Part shown: one piece after another, positions 21,755 to 32,584 of the stretch
How the letters are laid out: each line of letters starts with the position of its first letter
How positions within the stretch are numbered: the first letter of the stretch is position 1
Source of the DNA: Pyrobaculum sp.
GTDB taxonomy: Archaea; Thermoproteota; Thermoprotei; Thermoproteales; Thermoproteaceae
DNA length: 64,000 bases
Direction of reading: 5' to 3'
Assembly (NCBI GenBank): GCA_046293555.1
Contig: JBKBOT010000003.1
Location: 1 to 64,000 of the forward strand
Position numbers and translations under genes: made by a program
Notes under the pieces: model-generated
Databases searched by the model: none
Told to the model about the DNA's origin: nothing
The model's input: the letters and a program-made list of their open reading frames with translations, nothing else

Positions 21755-21976
21755 TTATTTACGTTTTGTGATTTGAAAAACATCTTTTCCCTCCCTCTTA
21801 ACTCTTCGTACATATATCTTTTTATATATCTCTAGTGTCATCAATATTTTTGCCAATTCGACATCCGAAATCTGTATATTTGCCCTTTTTAATATAGTTT
21901 TAACATCTTCACTGGTGATAACTTCTTGTTTCTTAAGTAACATCTCTATGATGTTTCCTACAGTAGTTAAGATCAT
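21755..21976 (-). CDS. Small basic winged-helix-like protein
   Basis: 73 aa, helix-helix-helix-beta hairpin pattern; ATGA overlap with cdc48. Confidence 0.7.
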   Translation of the reverse strand: MILTTVGNIIEMLLKKQEVITSEDVKTILKRANIQISDVELAKILMTLEIYKKIYVRRVKREGKDVFQITKRK

Positions 21977-24168
21977 AGATATAACGGCGGCGTCGCCTTG
22001 GCCTTAGTTACTGCGGTTAGCTGCCTCGCCTTTTCAAGCCACGCCTCGTAGAACTTCAACATGTCTGACGTAATGGAAGGCCTCACTTTTCTCAACGCTT
22101 CTTCAAAATGCCTCATGGCCACCTCCTTACTACGTATATCCTCACGTAGCGCCAGGAAGGTGGCCTCTCTCACCAAGAGCTCTATATCTGCGCCGGAGTA
22201 GCCCTCTGTCCTTCTGGCAATTTCCTCTAGATCCACATCTTTAGCAAGCGGCGTCGACTTGGTGTGTATCAACAGTATCTCTAGACGCGCCTTGAAGTCC
22301 GGCGGCATCACGTAGATCATCCTGTCAAACCTCCCAGGCCTCAAGAGGGCGGGGTCCACCAGATCCGGCCTGTTGGTGGCGGCGATAACCACAACATTGC
22401 CTAAAGCCTTGATGCCGTCCATTTCTGCCAGTAGTTGTGCCACCACACGCTCCCCTACGAGCGAATCTCCTCCAAGCCCCCTCGCGGTGGCTAGTGCATC
22501 TATCTCGTCTATAAATATCACCGCGGGCGCCGCCATCCTCGCCTTTCTGAAGATCTCCCTCACCATTTTTTCAGACTCGCCAACCCACTTGGAGAATATC
22601 TCAGGCCCCCTCACTGCGATAAAGTTGGCGCCAGACTCTGTGGCCACAGCTTTAGCCAAAAGAGTCTTCCCAGTGCCAGGAGGGCCGAAGAGCAGAATGC
22701 CCTTAGGCGGCCTCAGCCCAAATTTCTTAAATACCTCTGGATACTTTAGAGGCCACTCCACTGCCTCTCTCAACTCCTGTTTTACATTTTCAAGACCCCC
22801 CACGTCTTCCCAACGCACGCTCGGCACCTCGATATGTATCTCTCTTAAGGCTGAGGGTACTATTTCCCTCATGGCGCTTATGAAATCCGCCATGGTGGCC
22901 TTTATCTTTTCTAACACCTCTGTAGGGATGGGCTGTTGGTTTAAGTCAATAAGCCCACTCTGTATAGCCCTACGTAGAGCGCCCATGGCCGCCTCTCTCG
23001 CCAAGGCGGCTAGATCTGCGCCAGAGAAGCCATGTGTGGTCTCGGCAAGTTTTTTAAGATCTACGTCGGGAGCCAGCGGCATGTTTCTAGTGTGGATTTG
23101 TAAGATCTCAAGCCTGCCTTTAACGTCCGGGGGGTTAATCCAGATCTCTCTGTCGAATCTCCCCGGCCTTCTTAGTGCTGGGTCTACTGCGTCTGGCCTG
23201 TTGGTGGCTCCTATTACTACCACCTGTCCTCTCTCCTGTAGTCCGTCCATTAGTGTTAACAGCTGCGCCACCACCCTCTTTTCCACCTCTCCCGTTACCT
23301 CCTCTCTTTTTGGGGCTATGGCGTCTATCTCGTCTATAAATATTATCGCCGGGGCGTTTTTCTTAGCCTCCTCAAATATCTCCCTCAGCCTGGCTTCAGA
23401 CTCGCCGTAGTATTTAGACATTATCTCCGGGCCGTTTATGGCCACAAAGTAGGCATTAGCCTCATTAGCCACAGCTTTAGCCAAAAGGGTCTTCCCGGTG
23501 CCAGGAGGGCCAATGAGAAGAATACCCTTAGGGGGCTCGATGCCAAGATGCTTAAAAAGCTCTGGATGCCTAAGAGGAAGCTCCACAAGCTCCCTAATCT
23601 TGTGCTTAGCCTCCTCCAAATCGCCAATATCCTCCCACGTGATGTGAGGTATCCTCACGCCTGAGACCGGCTTCTCAAAGATCTGGATCTGTGTATCCTC
23701 TGCAATTATCAACACCGCACCAGAGGGCTTTGTCTGTACTACCTGAAAAGTAAGGGGCTGGCTCAATACGAAGATTTGTAACATATCTCCCTCTACTATT
23801 ACATATTCTCTCAGCCTCTGTTTTATGTACTGAAGGAAGTTGGGATCTACAGCTATAGTCATAGACACCGGCGCCAGTTTTACAAACGCGGCGTGTTTTG
23901 GCTCCACCTTTCTGATCTTCACGACCTCGTTTAGCGACACATCTGCGTTTTTTCTCAAAATGCTGTTCATCCTCACCACGCCCTTTCCGCGGTCTTCCGG
24001 CAAGCCGCTCCAGACTTTTGCCGCCGTACGTCTCCTGCCGGCAATTTCAACCACATCTCCCACCACAATACCCGCTCCCTCCATGACCTCTGGGTCTATC
24101 CTAACTATAGGACGGTTAGCGTCACGAGCTTTACTCTCAAGGACTTTTAGCTCAATCCACTCGCTCAC
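21973..24168 (-). CDS. cdc48: Cdc48/p97 AAA+ ATPase
   Basis: N domain, two [13 protein letters not shown] modules, [11 protein letters not shown]-terminal HbYX-like LYL. Confidence 0.96.
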   Translation of the reverse strand: MSEWIELKVLESKARDANRPIVRIDPEVMEGAGIVVGDVVEIAGRRRTAAKVWSGLPEDRGKGVVRMNSILRKNADVSLNEVVKIRKVEPKHAAFVKLAPVSMTIAVDPNFLQYIKQRLREYVIVEGDMLQIFVLSQPLTFQVVQTKPSGAVLIIAEDTQIQIFEKPVSGVRIPHITWEDIGDLEEAKHKIRELVELPLRHPELFKHLGIEPPKGILLIGPPGTGKTLLAKAVANEANAYFVAINGPEIMSKYYGESEARLREIFEEAKKNAPAIIFIDEIDAIAPKREEVTGEVEKRVVAQLLTLMDGLQERGQVVVIGATNRPDAVDPALRRPGRFDREIWINPPDVKGRLEILQIHTRNMPLAPDVDLKKLAETTHGFSGADLAALAREAAMGALRRAIQSGLIDLNQQPIPTEVLEKIKATMADFISAMREIVPSALREIHIEVPSVRWEDVGGLENVKQELREAVEWPLKYPEVFKKFGLRPPKGILLFGPPGTGKTLLAKAVATESGANFIAVRGPEIFSKWVGESEKMVREIFRKARMAAPAVIFIDEIDALATARGLGGDSLVGERVVAQLLAEMDGIKALGNVVVIAATNRPDLVDPALLRPGRFDRMIYVMPPDFKARLEILLIHTKSTPLAKDVDLEEIARRTEGYSGADIELLVREATFLALREDIRSKEVAMRHFEEALRKVRPSITSDMLKFYEAWLEKARQLTAVTKAKATPPLYL

Positions 24169-24198
24169 GCCCAAAGTTTCCGAACTGGTTTAAAAAGA

Positions 24199-24477
24199 TT
24201 AAAAACCAATTCTACTAAAGTACTCAAGCTCGAAGTTGCCCACCCCCTCTACAGACCGCAAGACCTCTTCTACCTCGTCGGAGCTATATTCGTCAGACTC
24301 CGGCATTCTTATAAAAAACCTCAACGCCTTTATCCCAAATCCAATTTCCTCTGTTTCTACCTTGTCTATCTTATATTTAGGACTTAGCTTATTGGTGATT
24401 TCCTCTCTTAGTTTCTCTATATCAACCTCTATGCTGTCTGGGAGGACTCTATACACAAGTGCAACTTCTGCCGACAT
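24199..24477 (-). CDS. ef1b: Elongation factor 1-beta
   Basis: [19 protein letters not shown]. Confidence 0.9.
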   Translation of the reverse strand: MSAEVALVYRVLPDSIEVDIEKLREEITNKLSPKYKIDKVETEEIGFGIKALRFFIRMPESDEYSSDEVEEVLRSVEGVGNFELEYFSRIGF

Positions 24478-24506
24478 AAGCCGCTAGTTATGTCTGTTAA
24501 TAAAAT

Positions 24507-24704
24507 TTACGGCCCCACAAAGCCGCACTCTGGACACCTATATGGCACCCCCAGTTTTCGCGACTTGGCGTTTCTCACTATCGTGGTTTTGCCGCAATTA
24601 GGGCAGGCGAAAACAACGCCTCTCTCCAACGGGGCGAGACTCCAGTTTGTGGTAGAATCAGACGGCGGAGTTGGCCCATGTAGTTTTGCACCCCTGATGG
24701 ACAT
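24507..24704 (-). CDS. Zn-ribbon protein (DUF1610/HVO_2753-like)
   Basis: FACPNCG...YRCPECGFVGP; usual position upstream of EF-1beta. Confidence 0.85.
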   Translation of the reverse strand: MSIRGAKLHGPTPPSDSTTNWSLAPLERGVVFACPNCGKTTIVRNAKSRKLGVPYRCPECGFVGP

Positions 24705-24762
24705 AAATGGCGAGAGGAGCGGCACTATAAAAATTTTTTAGCATGTGTGAACTAAGACACGA

Positions 24763-24846
24763 GCCGGGGTGGCCGAGCGGCCCAAGGCGCGGGACTCGAG
24801 ATCCCGTCCCCACACGGGGGCGTGGGTTCAAATCCCACCCCCGGCG
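24763..24846 (+). tRNA. tRNA-Ser(CGA), intronless, CCA not encoded
   Basis: Acceptor GCCGGGG/CCCCGGC, anticodon arm CGGGA-CTCGAGA-TCCCG, long variable arm, GTGGG-TTCAAAT-CCCAC. Confidence 0.96.
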
Positions 24847-25742
24847 TTCTCTCTGACCCAAAACTCCCTAATGTGCTCCAAGTGGTGACGTGGCAACATC
24901 CTGCCGTCACTAGCCTCTATGTATTCCTCTAGCTCCTCTACAGAAGTTACGGTAAGGAGTACCGTGGTCACCGGGAAGGACAGTACGTACTTTAAGGCGT
25001 ATTGCCCAAGCGTAAGCCCCAGCTCTCTGGCAAGCGGCACTATTTCTTTCTCCACAAGCCTCCGCGCCGAGATAAGCCACTCTCTTTTCCTCAAAGATCT
25101 GTGGTCCGTGGCGGGGAACTCTGCCCTAAATCTATCTGTAAGCACCTCGCTTGCGTGCGGCACCCGTACGGCCAACAGCCTATCTGCACCTCTTCCTATA
25201 ATCTCAAGCCCCGGCTCTTGTTCCAACAGGTTAAAGACAAACATAAGCGCATCATATCCAGCGGCTATAGCTGTCAACCCCTCTCGTAACACCTCTACCT
25301 CAGGCCCGAGAGCCACACCAACATAGTTATCTTCTTTCAGCTGACCAATATAGGCAGAGGCTTTCTCTATCTCTTCTGCAGGAGCGTTGTGGATATACAG
25401 TATGTCAGGAGTCCTCCCAAGCCTACGTTTGGACTGACCTATCGCGAATTGTAAATACCCCAAGTCATATCTCCTAAGGGGCTTCTGGCTATAGAAGTCA
25501 TATCCAACCTTTGTAGATATGTAGACATCGTAACCCTTCAGCCACGTCCCCAACAGCTCCTCGCTCCTACCTCTGCCATATATATCCGCTGTGTCGAAAT
25601 AGTTAATACCTCTGTCAACTGCCGTCTTTACGATCTTGTAGGCAGTATCTAGGTCGACAACGCCATACATGTCGCTACCTATCGTCCAACCGCCTACCCC
25701 CAGTTCAGACAAGTTAAGTTTGCCAAACTTCCTATAACGCAC
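24828..25742 (-). CDS. Aldo/keto reductase
   Basis: GINYFDTADIYGRGRSEELLG, ISTKVG, LYIHN. Confidence 0.92.
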   Translation of the reverse strand: MRYRKFGKLNLSELGVGGWTIGSDMYGVVDLDTAYKIVKTAVDRGINYFDTADIYGRGRSEELLGTWLKGYDVYISTKVGYDFYSQKPLRRYDLGYLQFAIGQSKRRLGRTPDILYIHNAPAEEIEKASAYIGQLKEDNYVGVALGPEVEVLREGLTAIAAGYDALMFVFNLLEQEPGLEIIGRGADRLLAVRVPHASEVLTDRFRAEFPATDHRSLRKREWLISARRLVEKEIVPLARELGLTLGQYALKYVLSFPVTTVLLTVTSVEELEEYIEASDGRMLPRHHLEHIREFWVRENAGGGI

Positions 25743-25894
25743 ATAACTATATCAATTTCCATTTATAAGCTAAATACACCTACATGTATTGACGACAGTC
25801 TGGCTTATCGAGACCTCGCGTCGATACTAGACGTGTGGGCCGCTAACTCGAAATATTGGGGGAATATTTTTTAAAGATACAACTTTTGTGTCAT

Positions 25895-26281
25895 ATGTAT
25901 AGACGGGTCCTAGTGGCATATGACGGGTCAGTATATGCAAAAAATGCGGTAAAACACGCGGTAGTTATCGCGAAGAGTTTCGGCGCGTCGCTATATGTGA
26001 TCACAGTGGCTATAGACCCCTCCCAAGTGGCCGTAGATACTGCAAAAAAAATCGCCAAAGAGGCTGTAGATGACATAGCTTCTCAAGGCCTTTCCGTGGC
26101 GGAGGTTGCTATCAGAAGTGGGGTGCCTGCCACGGAGATATTAAACTATGCAGAAGAGAAAGAGGTTGACTTAATCGTCATGGGGTCTCGTGGCCTCTCT
26201 ACCTTACAGAGAATTGTGTTGGGATCTGTCTCACAGGCGGTGGCGTCTAGAGCCAGAGTCCCCGTGCTTATAGTCAAATAG
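25895..26281 (+). CDS. Universal stress protein UspA
   Basis: [29 protein letters not shown]; ATG 25895. Confidence 0.93.
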   Translation: MYRRVLVAYDGSVYAKNAVKHAVVIAKSFGASLYVITVAIDPSQVAVDTAKKIAKEAVDDIASQGLSVAEVAIRSGVPATEILNYAEEKEVDLIVMGSRGLSTLQRIVLGSVSQAVASRARVPVLIVK

Positions 26282-26915
26282 CCTCTCCCCATTGGTCAAA
26301 GCGGGTGGGGGCACGCCTCTTGGCTTCTTGAGTGAGCTCATGTGCTAACCTCAAGGGAAGCACGTCCCCCTTTACGCAAAGGCTTTTTACAAGCTCCACG
26401 GCGTCTTTGAGCGTTATGTGTGAACCCACGGAGACATATCTCTTGCCTCCACAGTAGATGACATGGCCTATCTCCTCTCCCTTCTCGTCTATTAGAGATG
26501 TCTCCCTCTCTACCCCGTATAGACGCGACTTGGCTACCCCCACAGTTGGCCTCTTTAAGACCACTCCTATATGTGACGCAATGCCAAACCTCCTGGGGTG
26601 CGCCACGCCGTGTCCATCGACTAGAATTACGTCTGGCCTGTTCGCCAGCTTGAAATATGCCCGCAACATGGGGGTTAACTCCCGAAAGGCTAGATATGTG
26701 GGGACATAGGGAATCACGGACTTGTTTATAGATGTCGCAGTCTCTATGACTCTTAGGTCCTCTACCCCCACGATAACTGCCACGCCGTAGGCAAGACCCC
26801 CGGCGTAGGCCACGTCTAGACCTGCCACAGTCTCCACATGGCGTAATGGCGTAAACTCCACTCTCTCTGCTAGCCGTCTCTGTATTTCTCTCGCGGCTTC
26901 AAGAGAAAACGGCAT
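26274..26915 (-). CDS. nfi: Endonuclease V
   Basis: [41 protein letters not shown]. Confidence 0.95.
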   Translation of the reverse strand: MPFSLEAAREIQRRLAERVEFTPLRHVETVAGLDVAYAGGLAYGVAVIVGVEDLRVIETATSINKSVIPYVPTYLAFRELTPMLRAYFKLANRPDVILVDGHGVAHPRRFGIASHIGVVLKRPTVGVAKSRLYGVERETSLIDEKGEEIGHVIYCGGKRYVSVGSHITLKDAVELVKSLCVKGDVLPLRLAHELTQEAKRRAPTRFDQWGEAI

Positions 26916-27582
26916 CGAAAGTCTCTACTATACGCCTCACTATCTTCGTCGTGTTACATAACTCACATTGTTTCAACTCAGAGAGGCGTATCACCTCTAC
27001 GTCTAGTCCCCGCCTTTTTGCCTCCCACCTGACTCTATCTTCAGCCACCTGTTGGCTTGGGCCCAGGAGGATCACGTCAGGTTTCACCACTTCTAGTATG
27101 TCAAAAATGTCTCCAGGCCTTCCAGGCACCACCTTGTGTACATAATATATACCTGACAACACCTCGGCCCTCTGGCTCTGGGGGATTACTATCCTCCTCC
27201 CCTTGACTCTCTCGGCGTTTTCGTCTGAAGAAACCACTGCGGTGACATAGCCTAACCTCCAGGCCTCTTGTAGATATGCCAAATGGCCCGGATGGAGGAT
27301 CTCAAAAGTGCCTGCAGCCATCACAACTCTGGCGTTTTTAATCTCGCTTGGTTTTCTCCACACGAAATCTACGACGCCTACCATCTTTAACGCGTCTAGT
27401 AGACCTTCGGCGTAAGACACTGTGGCTAGAGCTGTCTCCCTATCTCCAGTGGAGTAGTAATACTTGGCGTCTTTTAGATATGCATGTGCCAAGTCCACCA
27501 CTTGTTTATACGCGCCGTCTTTCAGCACGAGGGTGGTGAGGGCCTCTTCTAGGTTTCTTATATAGATGGCGACTCTATCCAC
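26899..27582 (-). CDS. DUF357 + cytidylyltransferase (RibL/FAD synthetase-like) fusion
   Basis: N-terminal AYLKDAKYY...[10 protein letters not shown] (DUF357); C-terminal [10 protein letters not shown] and CELC. Confidence 0.8.
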   Translation of the reverse strand: MDRVAIYIRNLEEALTTLVLKDGAYKQVVDLAHAYLKDAKYYYSTGDRETALATVSYAEGLLDALKMVGVVDFVWRKPSEIKNARVVMAAGTFEILHPGHLAYLQEAWRLGYVTAVVSSDENAERVKGRRIVIPQSQRAEVLSGIYYVHKVVPGRPGDIFDILEVVKPDVILLGPSQQVAEDRVRWEAKRRGLDVEVIRLSELKQCELCNTTKIVRRIVETFDAVFS

Positions 27583-27627
27583 GGGGGGTAGGTATCAAAC
27601 TTTATAAAAGTCTTGTCTCATGTCGCC

Positions 27628-27828
27628 ATGGCTGATGAGGTAGTTGCATCTAGGTTGGTAACAAGGCTTAGAGAGGCCGAGAGGCTGGCAGCAGGAGGGA
27701 AGGTGGGAGAAGCTAAGACAATCTTAAAAGAGGTTGTCAGGGAGGCCCGTGAGAAAGGCCTTGAGAAATCTCTACATAACCTTATCTCAAGGGTGAGGGC
27801 TGTTATAAGACATAAAACTCGGCGATAG
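27628..27828 (+). CDS. Small helical hypothetical protein
   Basis: TTTATAAA box about 25 bp before ATG 27628; helical-hairpin composition. Confidence 0.65.
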   Translation: MADEVVASRLVTRLREAERLAAGGKVGEAKTILKEVVREAREKGLEKSLHNLISRVRAVIRHKTRR

Positions 27829-28222
27829 CGAACTCCCTCCCCCTACATTTAGCTCTTCCCAACACTTTTAGCACCTTTACCTTTTCTCCAAGCTTCACAA
27901 CGTCTATGGGGCAGTTTTCACACCCCGCGCACTCCCCCTCAAAGGTAACTATGGCGCCTTCTAGCGCCTTGTTAAACGGCAGTAGGCCTACTATGGGGGC
28001 CTCTTCCACCACTACTGGCACCATCTCCCCGTTGGTGATCTTACATCTCTGGCCCACAAAGGGCCTTATTTCCACCACTTTGTAACTCCTGCCTTGTGTC
28101 AACCGGCCTATACACACGGGGTAGAGCTTACAGCCTCTACACTCCTCTGGGATGTCTACCAGACGGAATTTGTGGCCTACCTCCGCCTGTTCTCTAGAGA
28201 GGAGGGTGACAGTCCGCCTCAT
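27803..28222 (-). CDS. UPF0179 family Cys-rich protein
   Basis: MRRTVTLL..AEVG..F..CRGCKLYPVC..GRSYKVVEIR; true start ATG 28222, the longer track ORF is antisense to rio2. Confidence 0.85.
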   Translation of the reverse strand: MRRTVTLLSREQAEVGHKFRLVDIPEECRGCKLYPVCIGRLTQGRSYKVVEIRPFVGQRCKITNGEMVPVVVEEAPIVGLLPFNKALEGAIVTFEGECAGCENCPIDVVKLGEKVKVLKVLGRAKCRGREFAIAEFYVL

Positions 28223-28250
28223 GTTTATAAAATAGCTACCGTATTTAATT

Positions 28251-29150
28251 GTGATAAGAGACGTCGTAGAGGCGTATGACAAGCTAGACAAGAGAGACTT
28301 AAGGATACTACGGACTATAGAGGCGGCGCACAGGAGATTTGAGTTTATCCCCCACGAGCTTGTCGAGAAATGGGCGCGGTATAGGAGAGAAGAGGTAAGA
28401 GAACGGGTTAAGTACCTACATCGCCTTGGCTTACTCCGACGTAACGCAGTCCCCCGCCTAGGGTGGAAAATTACTGCGGCGGGGCTTGACGTACTGGCTT
28501 TACACACATTAAGCGTCAAAAAGAAAGTTGTAAAACTGTCCCCAACGCCCATTGGGACGGGAAAAGAGGCTGTGGTATATGCCGGAGAGACTCCCTCAGG
28601 TTTTAAAGTGGCGGTTAAATTCCATAGGGGTGGGGTCTCTACCTTCCGGTCTGAGGCTTTTTTCAGACGTAAGTTAGAGAAATATAGACACTTGACGCAA
28701 ATATATGAGACTAGGCTTTCCGCCTTGGCGGAGTTTTTTGCCCTAGAGAAAATTTTTGAGGCCGGCGGGCTTGTCCCCGAGCCCATTTCGGTAAGTAGAC
28801 ATGTGGTAGTAATGGGATATATAGAGGGGGTCGAGCTGTATAGATATAGTGGAGAGATTGGAAAGATACTTGACGACGTATTTTATACATTAAGGACAGC
28901 CGTCAGGCTGGGGATAATACACGGCGATTTGTCTCCCTACAACATCTTGGCCGGCCATAGAGGCTATATAATCGACTGGCCCCAGTGGATGCCGGCCACA
29001 CACCCCAAGGCCGTAGACTACTTGAGACAAGATGTTAAAAACATCGCCAAGTTTTTTAAAATAAGTCCAGAGATTTTGACTAGAGAACTAGTTACAGAAA
29101 TAGACGTGGGGGAGGAGTTCAAAAAGAAAATAAATGCCGTATTTCAATAA
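28251..29150 (+). CDS. rio2: RIO2 serine/threonine kinase
   Basis: wHTH N-domain (GLDVLAL), IGTGKEA, VKFHR, IHGDLSPYNI, IIDWPQ. Confidence 0.92.
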   Translation: MIRDVVEAYDKLDKRDLRILRTIEAAHRRFEFIPHELVEKWARYRREEVRERVKYLHRLGLLRRNAVPRLGWKITAAGLDVLALHTLSVKKKVVKLSPTPIGTGKEAVVYAGETPSGFKVAVKFHRGGVSTFRSEAFFRRKLEKYRHLTQIYETRLSALAEFFALEKIFEAGGLVPEPISVSRHVVVMGYIEGVELYRYSGEIGKILDDVFYTLRTAVRLGIIHGDLSPYNILAGHRGYIIDWPQWMPATHPKAVDYLRQDVKNIAKFFKISPEILTRELVTEIDVGEEFKKKINAVFQ

Positions 29151-29153
29151 CAC

Positions 29154-30896
29154 GTGGCCATATTGGGTCTGGACATAGCCCCAAAGGGGGCTTTCGCCTA
29201 TGCGGTATTTGAAAACGACAGGGTGATTGAAAGCGGCGTGGCAGAAGCCAGAGAGCTCCTCCCACTGTTTAAAAAATTCAGAATTCGCACCGTCGCGGTA
29301 GACAACGTGGGAGAGTTGGCGCAATACGGCAGGGCGGTAATCAAGGCGTTGGGCCGCCTCCCCTATATGGCCCAGTTAGTAGAAGTGACGAGGGGGGCTG
29401 GGGGGTATAGAAATGTGGAACAACTTGTGAAAGAATACCTAGGTGTCAACAGGGGGCGTCTCGATCCGCTAGATACTGCCATATATCTAGCCATGCTGGC
29501 CGCCAGGGGGGTAGGCACAGCCGTGAAGCTCTTTGAGGAAGAGACCATAGTTCTAGTACATAGGAGGATCTCCACAACTCCCGGCGGCATGAGTAGAAAC
29601 AGGTTTATGAGAAACGTCGCCCAGAGAATCAAGGCGCTTGCCTCAGAAATTGAGACTAAGCTCAGAGAGAGGGGGCTTGACTACGACTTGTTTCTAAGAG
29701 AGGAGTCGGGAGAGGTGAGTTCTGCAAAATTTGTGGTTTATACAAATAGGGAAACAGTGAGACGTTTGATAAAGCCGAAAAGAAGTCTAGACGTCGCCGT
29801 CTCTGTGTACTCGGTCCCAGCCAGAGTGAAGGAGGCTCCGGCACACAAGCGTTTTCTAGTCGTGGGGATAGACCCAGGGACGGTCACAGGTCTTGCCATC
29901 CTTACTCTCGACGGGGAGGTTCTAGACACGGTAGCTAGGAGAGGCTTCTCTCGTGGAGATATCTTGAGATACGTCGGCCAGTGGGGCATCCCGGTGTTAG
30001 TAGCCACAGATGTGGGCGAGCCGCCAGAATATGTAAGACGTCTAGCCGCCATGTGTGGTGCGGTTTTATACACGCCAGGCCGTGACCTAACTTCTGGAGA
30101 AAAAATGGAGCTTGTAGAGAAGGCCGGCTGGAGAGTTAAGACAAGCCATGAGAGAGATGCGTTAGCTGCAGCATATCGCGCATATCTGGAATACAGGCCG
30201 AAATTTGAAAAAATCTCAAAAGAGCTCGGCGTTCTGGACTTCGGCCAGCTGGAATACATCAAGGCGTTGGTAATACGGGGTTACTCCATAGCCCATGCGG
30301 TATCTGAGGCATTGCGACAACAGGAGGGGAGGGAGACCAAGGTGGTCTACATAACGGTAGAAAAGCCCTGTGCCCCTAGGGAGGCAGACCACACGAGGAT
30401 AAAAGCTCTAGAGTATGAAAATCAACAACTCCAAAAAGAGCTAGAGACACTCAGAAGGGAGTACGTAGAGTTACGTAAGTTCGTAGAGAACGAAAAATGG
30501 AAAGATATGAAATATAGAGAGCTACAAAACAGGATAGAAACGTTAGCCAAGGCCTTGTCTCAAAAAGAGGAAGAAATTAGAAACCTCAAGAAGACGTTTA
30601 TAGAAATTCTGGCAGAATACGGGGCAAGATACAAGCTTGTACATATGTCTGAAGTAAAGCAGTGTAAGGGAGGCGAGGCCGCGGGGACCATATGTGGAAA
30701 TCTTGCCTCCATCGAGGATGCAGACGCCAGGAAGACTTTAGGTGTGCCCCTACGGCTGGTGGCCAAGCTAGAGCTAGGAGAGTTTTATGTAGTAGATATG
30801 GATAAGGTGAGAGAGCTAGTTAGGCAGATAAGAGAGCGGCTAGATAGAGAGGTAGACCTCAAGAAGATTATTAGGGAATACCGCGGGTCAATATAG
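29154..30896 (+). CDS. DUF460 family protein (RNase H-like folds plus coiled coil)
   Basis: ILGLDI, PGGMSRNRF, VVGIDPG, HERDALAAA, long coiled coil. Confidence 0.88.
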   Translation: MAILGLDIAPKGAFAYAVFENDRVIESGVAEARELLPLFKKFRIRTVAVDNVGELAQYGRAVIKALGRLPYMAQLVEVTRGAGGYRNVEQLVKEYLGVNRGRLDPLDTAIYLAMLAARGVGTAVKLFEEETIVLVHRRISTTPGGMSRNRFMRNVAQRIKALASEIETKLRERGLDYDLFLREESGEVSSAKFVVYTNRETVRRLIKPKRSLDVAVSVYSVPARVKEAPAHKRFLVVGIDPGTVTGLAILTLDGEVLDTVARRGFSRGDILRYVGQWGIPVLVATDVGEPPEYVRRLAAMCGAVLYTPGRDLTSGEKMELVEKAGWRVKTSHERDALAAAYRAYLEYRPKFEKISKELGVLDFGQLEYIKALVIRGYSIAHAVSEALRQQEGRETKVVYITVEKPCAPREADHTRIKALEYENQQLQKELETLRREYVELRKFVENEKWKDMKYRELQNRIETLAKALSQKEEEIRNLKKTFIEILAEYGARYKLVHMSEVKQCKGGEAAGTICGNLASIEDADARKTLGVPLRLVAKLELGEFYVVDMDKVRELVRQIRERLDREVDLKKIIREYRGSI

Positions 30897-32096
30897 GCTC
30901 GCCTCACCCTTCAGGATGTATTCAGTTAACTGCGTGATTTTGTCTAATTCCTCCCTTGCGATGACTTCAGCTTCTCTCTTTGTATCGCCAGCGAGTTCAC
31001 CCTCTTTGATTATCTCTATGTTTAAGATCTTGGGCTCGTTTATCGGCCTCCCGATTTGCGAAACTACTTCCACATATACCTCTATGATGTCTTTTACCTC
31101 TCTATATATCTTGTCGGCAATTCTCTGAGCCACCACGTTGTAGATCTTACCCACGTGGCTCACCGGATTTTTGCCGGCAGCAGCCTCAAGAGACATAGAG
31201 CGCATGGGTGTAATCAAGCCGTTGGCCCTATTGCCCCTTCCAGTCATGCCGTCATCTCCATGTTCTGCAGAAGTGCCTGTAACCGTGAGGTAATATATGT
31301 TGTGTTCTGGCTTATCTGCAGCATTTACCACAACCTCTACCCCATAGCCTGGGGCAATCCTGGCGGCTAAGTTCTCTACGGCCTCCCTCACCTCTTCTTT
31401 TACAGAAAGGTAGTGGCTCCTATCTTTTACAAGCTTACTAATAAATGCAGAAGCCACCGTGAGTTTCACCTCTTTCCCCACTCTAACTCCCATCACCTTT
31501 ACGTCCTCACCCACCTCCGGGTACCTGGCTTTGAAATCTCTCGAGTTTAACAGACGTTCGGCCTTATATACCAGCTCTTCTAACGGAGTGAAGGGGGCAT
31601 AGCCGACGCCTACAGAGGTGTCGTTTGCCAGAGGGATGTTTTTAACCCCCATGTCATATATGCCCACCAAATCTGCCGACCCCTGTCCAATCTTGTAGTC
31701 AATTACGGTGTGGACATCTGGATCTAGGTGGCGGAAGTGTTGTCTCAGCCAGTCTTTTGCAGCCTGTATAACCAAGGGGCCGAGAGGTATTTTGACAACC
31801 CCATCTCTCGTCCTAACCTCATATGTGGCCCTCCCGGAGATGAGGACGTATATAGGCTGTAGGACCTCCCCACCTCCAAACCTCGGCGCGGCCTGTCCAC
31901 CTACTACCAGCGTCTTGTCTATATTGTGGTGAAGTATTGTCCCAAATGTTTCTAGATAGTATCGAGAGAGGTATCTACTAGCCCATTCAGAAATCCCGTC
32001 TGCCATATAGTCTGGATGCCCTTGGCCCTTCCTCTCTACAATTTCGACAAGACGTTGCGACACCGGCGTCTTGTCTACCTTCTCCACTACGATCAT
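30888..32096 (-). CDS. mat: Archaeal S-adenosylmethionine synthetase
   Basis: [35 protein letters not shown]. Confidence 0.96.
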   Translation of the reverse strand: MIVVEKVDKTPVSQRLVEIVERKGQGHPDYMADGISEWASRYLSRYYLETFGTILHHNIDKTLVVGGQAAPRFGGGEVLQPIYVLISGRATYEVRTRDGVVKIPLGPLVIQAAKDWLRQHFRHLDPDVHTVIDYKIGQGSADLVGIYDMGVKNIPLANDTSVGVGYAPFTPLEELVYKAERLLNSRDFKARYPEVGEDVKVMGVRVGKEVKLTVASAFISKLVKDRSHYLSVKEEVREAVENLAARIAPGYGVEVVVNAADKPEHNIYYLTVTGTSAEHGDDGMTGRGNRANGLITPMRSMSLEAAAGKNPVSHVGKIYNVVAQRIADKIYREVKDIIEVYVEVVSQIGRPINEPKILNIEIIKEGELAGDTKREAEVIAREELDKITQLTEYILKGEASLY

Positions 32097-32353
32097 GTAG
32101 TCACCTCGGTGGCAGACACGTAAATAACTTGGGACCCGCGGACTACTATCCTGCCATATCGCGCCAACGGCTCCCCGGAGTTGTCTAACTCAGCCGCGTT
32201 GTCTAACACCAGGTTCATACAGCCGTCATATGCCGTCAAGATGCCTTTTACCGCCACGCCGCCCTTAAGTCTAGCCACAATCTCTCTATTTAACATCTTT
32301 GTCATAACCCTGATGGGTGCCGGCAGTTTCGTCTGTTGTTGTGTTTTCGACAT
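32093..32353 (-). CDS. Sm-like archaeal protein (SmAP/LSm)
   Basis: Sm1 GILTAYDGCMNLVL, Sm2 IVVRGSQV; start at ATG 32353. Confidence 0.92.
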   Translation of the reverse strand: MSKTQQQTKLPAPIRVMTKMLNREIVARLKGGVAVKGILTAYDGCMNLVLDNAAELDNSGEPLARYGRIVVRGSQVIYVSATEVTT

Positions 32354-32383
32354 AGAAAGCCTCACATATGTAAATATATAAAA

Positions 32384-32584
32384 TTAACCCCGTCTCTCGT
32401 AAACTAACACGTCGTCTATCCACTCCACGTGGGCCATAAGCACCCTCCTACAACAATACCTAGAGATACCTAAGCTATCTAACACCTGCTCGGGGTGCTC
32501 CCCCGCGAGTACCCTACGTCTAAAAGCCGCATAGAGGTGGCCTAACGGCTTTCCACAAGTAAAGCACCGGACAGGTATGATCAT
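32384..32584 (-). CDS. rpoN: RNA polymerase subunit N (Rpo10)
   Basis: [12 protein letters not shown]...RYCCRR. Confidence 0.97.
   Translation of the reverse strand: MIIPVRCFTCGKPLGHLYAAFRRRVLAGEHPEQVLDSLGISRYCCRRVLMAHVEWIDDVLVYERRG

Noticed and set aside
22373-23410. 345-aa plus-strand ORF, and many similar antisense ORFs across the window
   Set aside because: Shadows of conserved genes (cdc48, rpo, por); Ser/Thr-rich with no motifs.
24763-24846. tRNA intron or integrated element at tRNA-Ser
   Set aside because: The cloverleaf is complete without an intron; no integrase or duplicated tRNA 3' end seen.
27803-28786. 327-aa ORF as one protein
   Set aside because: The N-terminal part is antisense to rio2; only the last 139 aa (UPF0179) look real.
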